From the NCBI GenBank assembly GCA_950097015.1, contig CATNEN010000026.1, positions 682,001-746,000 on the forward strand: a DNA stretch of 64,000 nucleotides, read 5' to 3'. Every line of letters begins with the position of its first letter. Positions within the stretch are counted from its first letter, which is position 1. Made by a program: the position numbers and the translations under genes. Source of the stretch: Macrostomum hystrix. Its lineage: Eukaryota > Animalia > Platyhelminthes. Shown piece after piece: positions 25,004 to 35,167 of the stretch. The notes under the pieces are model-generated. The model made no database searches. It worked only from the letters and a program-made list of their open reading frames with translations, and had not been told where the DNA came from.

Positions 25004-26860
25004 ATGTCAGTGATCAATAAATATGCCCAAAAGGCACAGTCGGTCGCGTCTGCTCTGCTCACTAGACCGTGCGCGTTCTTGGCTCTAGTTGCAGCTGTCA
25101 CCTGCCTGCTGATTGTCTGCAGTGCATATTTCAGCATAAACAGCTACGACCCAGGGCCACCGACCATCGTTGGCGCAATGTTCTCATCCAGCAGTACTGA
25201 AAGCCTCAACTGCAAATCTTTGATGCGCAATCAGCAGTCAACGAATGCCAACTCGGCGCCAACTATTTTCCGATACAACAACGGCATCATAAAGTTGAAA
25301 GCTCAGACTCAACAACTGAAAAAAGCTTATCGGAGCTATCTGACAGGGTGCAACGCGTCAGAACTCGAAAGCCTTTACGAGGATGTACTGCTGGAGCTGA
25401 CATCGGAGTGCTCCACTAATCGCCGACTTGGTCGCACTGACGATGGCGGCTGGAATCTGTGCTTAACTGGACCATATTATCCAAAGGAGCCGTGCTTCAG
25501 CTTCTCCTTCGGAATTAACAACGTCTGGGAGTTCGACGACCAGGTGGCGAATGTGTTTAATTGTCACGTGATCACATTTGATCCGTCCATGCCCACCAGA
25601 AGCCATGTTCGCAGCCAGCGAGTGCTGTTTCTTCAAGAGGGTCTCCGCCCAGCAAAGGGCACTTACAATTCCTGGCGTGTTGACAGCCTGCTAGGATTTT
25701 TGAGACGCTTCAAAGCTGAAAACTACGTGATCGACATATTGAAGATTGACATCGAAAGCTCTGAGTGGCCGGCCTTGGCCACTGCGGTTCGTGACGGGTC
25801 TCTGAAAAATGTTAAGCAGCTCCTGCTAGAGACGCATGTGGCCAAGATGGCTACTGTGCAGGACTACCTAGGCTACTTTGCCATTTTGGAAGCTCTCCAC
25901 AGCCTTGGCTTTAGATTATGGCACTACAACTGGAATACATTCGGCTTTTACGAAAGTCGGCACGACAGATCTCAGCGCACCTGCTGCCATGAGCTCTACT
26001 ATATCAACGCTAACTTCCTAGAGGCTAACAGCTCCGAACTCGCGACCAGAAACTCGAAGCAAGGCAGCCCTAAAATCGACTTGCGGACCCTGCTACCTGT
26101 CTCCAAGACTGACGACTTCAACAAGTTGGAGGCTCTTCGCCGAGTGGACCTGCAACACCAGACGGAGGAGCAGCTGGAGGACATGTATTTTAAAATTGTC
26201 GAGCAGCAGCAAATCGAGTGTCCATTTAGCAAGCGAATCGGGGCAAGAGGTGACGGCGGCTGGGATGTCTGCTTTGCTAGTCCGTTCGACTTATCTCTGT
26301 CGACACCGTGCGTGGCCTTTTCTTTCGGCATCAACGGCATGTGGAACTACGACGATGAATTGGCCGAACGTTATCGCTGCAAAGTGTACATGTTCGATCC
26401 GAGCATGAAGGGTGTGAGTGACCATCAGCGCAAAAAGACATCCTGGTTCTACAGCACTGGACTAGGCGCAGAAAACAAGGTAGACGAGGCTACGGGATGG
26501 AAGATGCGCACACTTTGCCACCTGTTCGACCAGCTTGGTTACGCCGGCAAGACAGTTGACTTACTCAAGATCGACATTGAGCACTGGGAGTGGTCCAGCC
26601 TAGAACGGGCCTTCGAGGAGGGCTGCTTGAGCCAGGTGAAACAGCTGCTGTTTGAGTCGCACACCAGCGAGCTGCAGCGCCGCCACACTACAGACTATGC
26701 GCGCCTGGTGCGAATCTGGCATGGCCTGTTCAACAGCGGCTTCCGCTCCTGGAAGTGGCACAAGAACCCGGCATCGATCAGCTTCAAATCCAGAAGCGGA
26801 GCCAATCGAGCGTGCTGTTATGAGCACTACCTGCTGAATACTAGACTAATCCAACTGTGA
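25004..26860 (+). CDS. METTL24: METTL24-like (Methyltransf_22/FkbM-type) protein with two tandem MTase domains and an N-terminal TM anchor; copy 1, 618 aa, single exon
   Basis: TM segment CAFLALVAAVTCLLIVCSAYF. Two repeats of C..R.G...DGGW.(L/V)C, FSFGIN..W..DD, FDPS, IDILKIDIESSEW / VDLLKIDIEHWEW, VKQLL.E.H and CC.E.Y. Confidence 0.88.
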   Translation: MSVINKYAQKAQSVASALLTRPCAFLALVAAVTCLLIVCSAYFSINSYDPGPPTIVGAMFSSSSTESLNCKSLMRNQQSTNANSAPTIFRYNNGIIKLKAQTQQLKKAYRSYLTGCNASELESLYEDVLLELTSECSTNRRLGRTDDGGWNLCLTGPYYPKEPCFSFSFGINNVWEFDDQVANVFNCHVITFDPSMPTRSHVRSQRVLFLQEGLRPAKGTYNSWRVDSLLGFLRRFKAENYVIDILKIDIESSEWPALATAVRDGSLKNVKQLLLETHVAKMATVQDYLGYFAILEALHSLGFRLWHYNWNTFGFYESRHDRSQRTCCHELYYINANFLEANSSELATRNSKQGSPKIDLRTLLPVSKTDDFNKLEALRRVDLQHQTEEQLEDMYFKIVEQQQIECPFSKRIGARGDGGWDVCFASPFDLSLSTPCVAFSFGINGMWNYDDELAERYRCKVYMFDPSMKGVSDHQRKKTSWFYSTGLGAENKVDEATGWKMRTLCHLFDQLGYAGKTVDLLKIDIEHWEWSSLERAFEEGCLSQVKQLLFESHTSELQRRHTTDYARLVRIWHGLFNSGFRSWKWHKNPASISFKSRSGANRACCYEHYLLNTRLIQL

Positions 26861-27215
26861 GACTGAATCGATGAGTGCTGTTATGAGCACTGTGAGACTG
26901 AATCGATGAGTGCTGTTATGAGCACTGTGAGACTGAATCGATGAGTGCTGTTATGAGCACTGTGAGACTGAATCGATGAGTGCTGTTATGAGCACTGTGA
27001 GACTGAATCGATGAGTGCTGTTATGAGCACTGTGAGACTGAATCGATGAGTGCTGTTATGAGCACTGTGAGACTGAATCGATGAGTGCTGTTATGAGCAC
27101 TACCTGCTGAATGCTAGACTAATCCAACTGTGAGACTGAATCCATGAGTGCTGCATGAGCACTACCTGCTGAATGCTAGACTAATCCAACTGTGAGACTG
27201 AATCGATGAGACTGA
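26861..27215 (+). repeat. 35-bp minisatellite plus two partial re-duplications of the CDS 3' end
   Basis: Unit ATGAGCACTGTGAGACTGAATCGATGAGTGCTGTT (~6.5 copies), then two GAGCACTACCTGCTGAATGCTAGACTAATCCAACTGTGAG copies. Confidence 0.93.
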
Positions 27216-27279
27216 GTCTGAAAAATTTATTGTACTGTTTTCGTACTTTTTTGACCAAATTAAACCTGGGGTCTCAGTC

Positions 27280-27765
27280 TCAATATATAAAAGTGGCTTG
27301 CAGGGCTAGGGCCGCGCAAGCCACTTCCTCAATATAATTTTCCCTCCATCGTGTATTGTGCGTGCTTTTTCCGAACTTTTCAAGTACTGAAAAACGCAAG
27401 TCAAATGTAAAGGTATACATGTGCTTTTGTGAAGCATCACTCAGCTTCGTCACTTTCTTCACTGATTTCTCCTCTATAGCCACAATTAAGCTTCATGGGG
27501 TTAGCAAAGTTTTCTGGTTCATGGGCAAAACAAAGAGAATAAGATAGGTCAGTGAGCCGGACTGGCAGAGGAAAAAAGACAGGAGAGAGATGAGGCTGAG
27601 GTCAGACTAGAGAGCGGGAGTGATGAGACAAGGAGAATATGATACACGGGAGAGATCAGACATGTGGAGAGAAAAGACAGAGAAGATGAAATACAATTGA
27701 GAGATGAGACAGGGGAGAGATGAGATAGGGGAGAGATGAAGCAGAAGAGAGATGATCGACCGACT
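27280..27765. repeat. Direct repeat Y (paralog Y' at ~29617-30060); possible Penelope/GIY-YIG-derived fragment carrying reverse-strand CTCATCT satellite units
   Basis: Shared sequence ATATATAAAAGTGG...CCATCGTGTATTGTGCGTGCTTTTTCCGAA...GAGATGAGACAGGGGAGAGA. The repeat is directly visible; the element class is speculative. Confidence 0.75.
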
Positions 27766-28239
27766 TACTGCACTGCATGGCTGCGGCAGTAAGACTAGGC
27801 GCGAAAGATGTAGCTCGTTGTAGCTGGTCAACACGACCCAGTTCACAGCAGTGACTTCAGGCTCACCTAAACAGAACTCGCAAGTGGCAATTCATGGGGT
27901 GCGCTGCGCACGTGGATGGGGTGGTGAGTTTTCTGTGACTTTGTCATGAGCGGGAACTCGACTATTGGCTAATAAATAATAATTGGCTCGATTGTTCTAA
28001 GGAACTGCTTGTCATGGACAACTTAGATTATTGCATGAATGCATATTTAAAATGACACACTAGGATAAATCAAAAAATAAATTTTTGTATAAGCTAGCAG
28101 TTGAAGTAAATACACATACTGCTTCTTCCCCTGAAGTTAGAGGTAGTCAAAATCCGAGTTATATATTCGCTGCAATAATACTCGTACAATCTAAGCATGC
28201 CTAAAATAACGGCTAATCTGTACATAAATATTTTAAAGT

Positions 28240-29400
28240 ATCATCCGACCTGCTCTCAGCGGAATGTAAGGAGTGCGGAAAGAAGTTGTCTTTTAGGAAT
28301 TTGAATCACGAAAACCTATCCACCAGTCTATCCACCTTATCAACTGGAAGCCGCTTCACACCGTTGATAGTATCGAGCTCCACACCAAGGAAAGTCATTG
28401 CTTGAAAACGCCGCTGGCACTTCGCCCAGTCAACTGTGAAGCCAAGACGGGTCATCAGCGACGTCATCACATCAAAGAAGGCCTGGCACTCCTCTTGCGG
28501 GCCACAAAAGACAAAATCATCTAGGATCTAGGTAGGCTTCTGTGTTAATGAATCCACGGTGCACCATCATCAAATTGACTGCCTCGCTGAGATGGTGGAA
28601 GGCCACAACGGAGGAAGCTGCACCGAACGGAAGGCGCGTGTCAACCATGTAGGTCTCGTAGGCATCACCCCTGAATCTCATCTTCAAGCCAGTGATCTGT
28701 TGGTCGTCCGGGTGAACTCCACATGAACAATAAGCTTCGCTGAGATCGACTGAGGAAACATCTAATCGGCCATCACTATCCACCTTGACTAGACGCCCAT
28801 CGGTCAGCATCTGGAGCATCGCCTGCGCGTTTCCTGTCACCTAAACGCCCAATGACAGCGCTTCAACAGCAACTTCTTTAGACTTGCTCTGACCTAGAAG
28901 GCACTGCTTGCGCTTGCTGACAAAGTCGACGATTTGGTAGACGCCACTACGCTTCCCAGGCGCTCCTAAGCCCTCGTGAGGTCTAACTCCAGGTTGGGCA
29001 GCACAAGCCAGATAGTTGAGCAACTCACCGGGGGTTTCACGTGACTCTGTACGGTCGATCTGCAGCTGGGCGAACTCTGACTTCAGCAGCGCTTCTTACT
29101 TACCTAGTTACAGCAGCCGGATCCGCTTCTCGGCCTCCAGCAGCTTCTCGTCCAGGCCGCCAGCTGCGCCAGACCCGCCAATCTCGACTCGTTCCCGCCT
29201 CGGAGGGCTGCCTCTGCTGCTCGCTGCCGCGGAGTTGTGACCAGCAGCTTGCAGAACCTTCGGCTCGTCGGTAGTCAACTCGTCTTGAGTATGAGCACGA
29301 AGTCTTTTCTCCAGCGTCGCTTTGTTGCCAGAGGTGGGTAAGCCAAGCTGTTTCAACTTCTCTCGCAATGCTACAACTGGTGTTGGCTCAGTGTCCGCCG
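28240..29400 (-). mobile_element. Degenerate DIRS/Ngaro-type (YR retrotransposon) remnant: SAP-domain gag fragment + RT
   Basis: REKLKQLGLPTSGNKATLEKRL (SAP). RT: VDLSEAY...VHPDDQQITG...YMVDTRLPFGAASS...EAYLD/DF, then GFTVDWAKC...FLGVELDT...RLPVDK, a DIRS-group RT signature. Frameshifted and internally deleted. Confidence 0.75.
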
Positions 29401-29616
29401 ATTGACTAAGATTTCAGTTCATCATTCAGCAAAAAAAGTTTTGATTTTTGGGTAACCCAAAAATTTTGCTGCGAGAGAGCAGGTACACTTGTCCCTTTTC
29501 TCTTAACTGAAACTGATACGACGTTGCAACGAATTATCTTTTTTTATTAATTGTTCTCAAGGAAACTTTAGGAAACGATGAAATAAATTCAAAAGTTTAT
29601 AGCTCAATACTCTCAA

Positions 29617-30060
29617 TATATAAAATATATAAAAGTGGTTTGCTTTTTAATATATAAAAGGGCCGCTTCCTCAATATATCTTTGCTTCCATCGTGTATTG
29701 TGCGTGCTTTTTCCGAATTTTTCAAGTACTGAAAAATGCAAGTCAAATGTAAAGGTATACATGTGCTTTTGTGAAGCATCACACAGCTTCGTCACTTTCT
29801 TCCCTGATTTCCCCTCTATAGCCACAATTAAGCTGCATGGGGTTAGCAAAGTTTTCTGGTTCATGGGCAAAACAAAGAGAATAAGATAGGTCAGTGAGCC
29901 GGACTGGCAGAGGAAAAAAGACAGGAGAGAGATGAGGCAGAGGTCAGACAAGAGAGAGGTAGTGATGAGACAAGGAGAAGATGATATACGTATACTGGAG
30001 AGATCAGACATGGGGAGAAAAAATACAATTGAGTCACTGAGAGATGAGACAGGGGAGAGA
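29617..30060. repeat. Direct repeat Y' (paralog of 27280-27765)
   Basis: Colinear similarity with Y; the ORF track shows matching translations (27356..27547 vs 29635..29889). Confidence 0.8.
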
Positions 30061-30066
30061 CGAGAC

Positions 30067-30329
30067 GGGTGGCTTTCACAAGACCAAAATTTCACAACGC
30101 CGAAAGACATCGTCCTTCACAAGACCGAAACTTCATAAGACCGAAATTTCACAACGCCGAAAATTCTTGCACTGTCCATCATAATACCACTGTTCTTGGT
30201 CTTATGAAATTTCGGCGTTGTGAAATTTCAGTCTTATTAAGTTTCGGTCTTGTGAAGGGGTCTGCATTTTTACTTTTCGGCGCTGTGAAATTTCGGTCTT
30301 ATGAAGTTTCGGTCTTTTGAAGCCACCCC
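30067..30329. mobile_element. Foldback MITE-like non-autonomous DNA transposon with 8-bp TSD
   Basis: Left end GGGTGGCTTTCACAAGACC, right end GGTCTTTTGAAGCCACCCC; internal AAGACCGAAA(C/T)TTCA repeats are mirrored; flanked by GACGAGAC at 30059-30066 and 30330-30337. Confidence 0.85.
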
Positions 30330-32162
30330 GACGAGACAAAGGGAGGGAAAAGACAATTAATAGATGAGACAGGGGAGAAATGTTTTGCTAGATATATTTA
30401 GAGAACGGTATTGGATCTGCTTTCAATAAATTAAGAGTAATCAACATTTTAATGTGAAAAACGTGAAAAGTTTCTTTCTCGCTATCCGTAAAAATTTGCG
30501 TTTATTAAATTTTCCATGAAATATACCAATAGTTAGCGCCGCCCGCAGTGCATATCTATGGAATTGGACCATAGACAACAGCAGAGGGCGGGCTGCCGTT
30601 AGTTTCAACCTCGTTTCAACACGCGTAAGCCAAGGACTTCTATTTAATCGGCCTAGGCCGTTAGATCATTTAACTTTCGCTTCGGCTTCGCTCAGCGTCC
30701 TCAGCCGTTCCTAGGCCAAAGAAACGAAATCAGGGGGGTTTTATTCTATACTTCACGGCCCGCCCGCTGTGAATAAATATGGATTTCAACCATATAGACA
30801 ACAGCAGAGGGCGGGCTGCCGTGAGTTTCAACCTCGTTTCAACACGCGTAGGCTAACTACTCGTATAACTCAAGGACAAATTAATAACTCAGGACCAGAA
30901 ACGAGCCAATTCATGGCGAAAAAAGTATTAAGTTTTGATGACACATCTAAGACACATCATGTACAATATAAAAGTACATGAGTTATTAAGTTGTCCTTGC
31001 TATAACAACAATGTTATTGTTGTGTCTCTGCTCGTTGGTGCACGAGAAAGCCGTGCGTTAACAGCATTATCCAATGAGAGGCCGTTTCCGCATCGATCCG
31101 TCCTTACTCTTTCGACCATAGACAAGTGCGTTGGCGCACGCCCATGTTTTTGGGCGGTCAGGCTGGCTTAAGGCGCAAGCCCCAACGCAGTTAACTTGTG
31201 TGACAAGTTCGACCCCTGGCAACGCTGGAGCTCCAGCGCTGTCATTCCACTTTGGTGGACATTTTGAGAACTGCACATTCAACCTTAAGTGAGCTGCCTG
31301 AGTTCTAATAAGAGCACGAGTAAGTGACATTTCTACTTGACAATGCCACACACGGTCATCTGGAGTATGCCGTGCAAACTGCTATGAAAATGTTGTCGCC
31401 GTTAATATTTCGTAAACACCAACAACAATCCCCTTGTTGTACCGTTAATTCTTACTACGTTTTGAGCTCAAATAAATGCACTCTAAGTTTGCGTGCTGAT
31501 AACGGTCATTATAAGGCTTCAGCAACGTATTATGGTATAAACGATCACTCAGCGATAATGGCATGTCTATGGCACAAACTGCGCCAATCCGCCATGAGCC
31601 AGAAGCTGACAAAATTTGGACGCTTATATTTGTTTCTTTTAATTATCATTTAAAGTATTTTACCAACCGGTAAAAGCATTATAAGGCTTCAGGCCATAGA
31701 CAAATCAACTCCGCCTATAACGCCGTTGCTTGTCGACCGACAGCCGCCAGATAGCGTTATAAGTTCCATTGACGCACGCATTTTAGGCCGTTGATGCACG
31801 CTGTCTATGGTAAAATCTAGCATTGACGTGGCACGCTGAGACTGCCTATCGTTTGATAATGAAGTGTCCCGTCCTTCTTCTTCTAGGGTCCTTGATTTGA
31901 TCGCACTAACACTAAAAGTTTTCTAAAGTTGTCAAGTGCTGTCTATGGCTTAAAGTATGGAGACTTAACTGCCTTTCGTTTGAAAAAATATGTTTATCCA
32001 CGATTTTTCGGAACAACTCTCAGAACGCATAAATCCTAACAGAAGAAGCTGAAGAGCCAAAGAGGTTTGTTGACAAAGTTCTGCCCCTCCTTCTGGCTTA
32101 GATCGGCTAGCTATATCGAAATAGTTGGCGCCGTCAATCACTAAGCAGAAGAAATCTCTGAA

Positions 32163-34019
32163 ATGTCAGTGATCAATAAATATGGCCAAAAGGCACAGTC
32201 GGTCGCGTCTGCTCTGCTCACTAGACCGTGCGCGTTCTTGGCTCTAGTTGCAGCTGTCACCTGCCTGCTGATTGTCTGCAGTGCATATTTCAGCATAAAC
32301 AGCTACGACCCAGGGCCACCGACCATCGTTGGCGCAATGTTCTCATCCAGCAGTACTGAAAGCCTCAACTGCAAATCTTTGATGCGCAATCAGCAGTCAA
32401 CGAATGCCAACTCGGCGCCAACTATTTTCCGATACAACAACGGCATCATAAAGTTGAAAGCTCAGACTCAACAACTGAAAAAAGCTTATCGGAGCTATCT
32501 GACAGGGTGCAACGCGTCAGAACTCGAGAGCCTTTACGAGGATGTACTGCTGGAGCTGACATCGGAGTGCTCCACTAATCGCCGACTTGGTCGCACTGAC
32601 GATGGCGGCTGGAATCTGTGCTTAACTGGACCATATTATCCAAAGGAGCCGTGCTTCAGCTTCTCCTTCGGAATTAACAACGTCTGGGAGTTCGACGACC
32701 AGGTGGCGAATGTGTTTAATTGTCACGTGATCACATTTGATCCGTCCATGCCCACCAGAAGCCATGTTCGCAGCCAGCGAGTGCTGTTTCTTCAAGAGGG
32801 TCTCCGCCCAGCAAAGGGCACTTACAATTCCTGGCGTGTTGACAGCCTGCTAGGATTTTTGAGACGCTTCAAAGCTGAAAACTACGTGATCGACATATTG
32901 AAGATTGACATCGAAAGCTCTGAGTGGCCGGCCTTGGCCACTGCGGTTCGTGACGGGTCTCTGAAAAATGTTAAGCAGCTCCTGCTAGAGACGCATGTGG
33001 CCAAGATGGCTACTGTGCAGGACTACCTAGGCTACTTTGCCATTTTGGAAGCTCTCCACAGCCTTGGCTTTAGATTATGGCACTACAACTGGAATACATT
33101 CGGCTTTTACGAAAGTCGGCACGACAGATCTCAGCGCACCTGCTGCCATGAGCTCTACTATATCAACGCTAACTTCCTAGAGGCTAACAGCTCCGAACTC
33201 GCGACCAGAAACTCGAAGCAAGGCAGCCCTAAAATCGACTTGCGGACCCTGCTACCTGTCTCCAAGACTGACGACTTCAACAAGTTGGAGGCTCTTCGCC
33301 GAGTGGACCTGCAACACCAGACGGAGGAGCAGCTGGAGGACATGTATTTTAAAATTGTCGAGCAGCAGCAAATCGAGTGTCCATTTAGCAAGCGAATCGG
33401 GGCAAGAGGTGACGGCGGCTGGGATGTCTGCTTTGCTAGTCCGTTCGACTTATCTCTGTCGACACCGTGCGTGGCCTTTTCTTTCGGCATCAACGGCATG
33501 TGGAACTACGACGATGAATTGGCCGAACGTTATCGCTGCAAAGTGTACATGTTCGATCCGAGCATGAAGGGTGTGAGTGACCATCAGCGCAAAAAGACAT
33601 CCTGGTTCTACAGCACTGGACTAGGCGCAGAAAACAAGGTAGACGAGGCTACGGGATGGAAGATGCGCACACTTTGCCACCTGTTCGACCAGCTTGGTTA
33701 CGCCGGCAAGACAGTTGACTTACTCAAGATCGACATTGAGCACTGGGAGTGGTCCAGCCTAGAACGGGCCTTCGAGGAAGGCTGCTTGAGCCAGGTGAAA
33801 CAGCTGCTGTTTAAGTCGCACACCAGCGAGCTGCAGCGCCGCCACACTACAGACTATGCGCGCCTGGTGCGAATCTGGCATGGCCTGTTCAACAGCGGCT
33901 TCCGCTCCTGGAAGTGGCACAAGAACCCGGCATCGATCAGCTTCAAATCCAGAAGCGGAGCCAATCGAGCGTGCTGTTATGAGCACTACCTGCTGAATAC
34001 TGGACTGATCCAACTGTGA
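32163..34019 (+). CDS. METTL24: METTL24-like double-domain methyltransferase, copy 2, 618 aa, single exon
   Basis: Colinear with copy 1 at offset 7159. Differences seen: A8G, E-to-K in the second KQLLFESH motif (33813-33815), R-to-G near the C-terminus, and about 3 synonymous changes. Confidence 0.88.
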   Translation: MSVINKYGQKAQSVASALLTRPCAFLALVAAVTCLLIVCSAYFSINSYDPGPPTIVGAMFSSSSTESLNCKSLMRNQQSTNANSAPTIFRYNNGIIKLKAQTQQLKKAYRSYLTGCNASELESLYEDVLLELTSECSTNRRLGRTDDGGWNLCLTGPYYPKEPCFSFSFGINNVWEFDDQVANVFNCHVITFDPSMPTRSHVRSQRVLFLQEGLRPAKGTYNSWRVDSLLGFLRRFKAENYVIDILKIDIESSEWPALATAVRDGSLKNVKQLLLETHVAKMATVQDYLGYFAILEALHSLGFRLWHYNWNTFGFYESRHDRSQRTCCHELYYINANFLEANSSELATRNSKQGSPKIDLRTLLPVSKTDDFNKLEALRRVDLQHQTEEQLEDMYFKIVEQQQIECPFSKRIGARGDGGWDVCFASPFDLSLSTPCVAFSFGINGMWNYDDELAERYRCKVYMFDPSMKGVSDHQRKKTSWFYSTGLGAENKVDEATGWKMRTLCHLFDQLGYAGKTVDLLKIDIEHWEWSSLERAFEEGCLSQVKQLLFKSHTSELQRRHTTDYARLVRIWHGLFNSGFRSWKWHKNPASISFKSRSGANRACCYEHYLLNTGLIQL

Positions 34020-34119
34020 GACTGAATCGATGAGGCTGAGTCTGCAAAATTTAATGTAGTCCGCTGCATGCTTTTTTCGTACATTTTTTGACCAAATTAA
34101 ACCTCGGGTCTTAACTCGC

Positions 34120-35167
34120 CCGTATCTCATCTCTCCCTGTCTCATCTCTCCCTATCTCATCTCTCCCTTCTCTTATCTCTCCCCAGTCTTTTCTCTCCCC
34201 TGTCTCATCTCTCCCTAGTCTTATCACTCACGTTTCTTATCTCTTTCCAGTTTTATCTCTCATCCTCTTTCCAGTCTTTTCTCTCGGTGTCTCATCTCTC
34301 CCGTGTCTCATCCGCGTTTTATGTGTACCGTATCTCATCTCCCCGTTCTCATCTTTTCTGCCTCTTATCTGTCTCTTGTCTCACCTCGACATGTGTCTCA
34401 TCTCTTCCTTGTCTTGTCTCTTCCCTCTCTCATCTCCGTGTCTCTTCCGTATTTCATATCTACCGTGTCTCATCTCCCATTTCTCATCTCTCCTGTCTCT
34501 TATCTCTCTCGTTTACCAACTCGTCCATCAACCCGGCGCAGTTATCATTTCAATTACCTTTTGTGTCCTCAAGGCACATAATGAGGCCGATCACTGCCTC
34601 TTTGATTGTCTAGGCGTTTTGCTCGTGTCTATATCCATAATTAACGCACTAAGTGCAGTTATAAAGTCCCTGTTCGTATCTTCAAGTACGATTATATTAA
34701 ACAGTACCAGAGTAACAGACAGGGCAAGAAAGAGCAAACCGAAACATTAAATAGTTAACCATTTTTTAGTCCGGAACATCGATCTTACATCAGCTGTATA
34801 AATTCAAGAGCTGATCTTCGTTAAATGAAAATGTTACGCATTCACTTTATCTTTGCTTTCTTATACTCGCAAATTGGCATGTTTTTACAGTTACGTTGAA
34901 ATACAATCGCTAGAAACTCCAAGCTCTAAAGCCCTAGACAAGCTCTTAATTCTTTTGGTTGAATTTTAGACTGGAGAAGTCAGGCAGTTTGCGCCAGAAA
35001 GAAAGTCGAGAGGAAAAAGCTGGTCCTTCCAGCTTGGGTATCTTAGCTGTGGGTCGAACTCGAAGTGTACACCAGCCCCTCCCCATGCACATTTCCCGAA
35101 ACACTTTCCTATCCTTATTTTAGCCTTTCCTCTCCAGACTGCCTGTAATTGGCGATGGTTCGCAGCG
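34120..35167 (+). repeat. Short CTCATCT satellite (34120-34500) + segmental duplicate X' (34287-35167)
   Basis: Matches 23910-24790 at offset 10377. Confidence 0.92.

Noticed and set aside
26861-27095. Regular 35-bp repeats resembling a CRISPR array
   Set aside because: Units are head-to-tail with no unique spacers, there are no cas genes, the context is eukaryotic, and the unit derives from the adjacent CDS.
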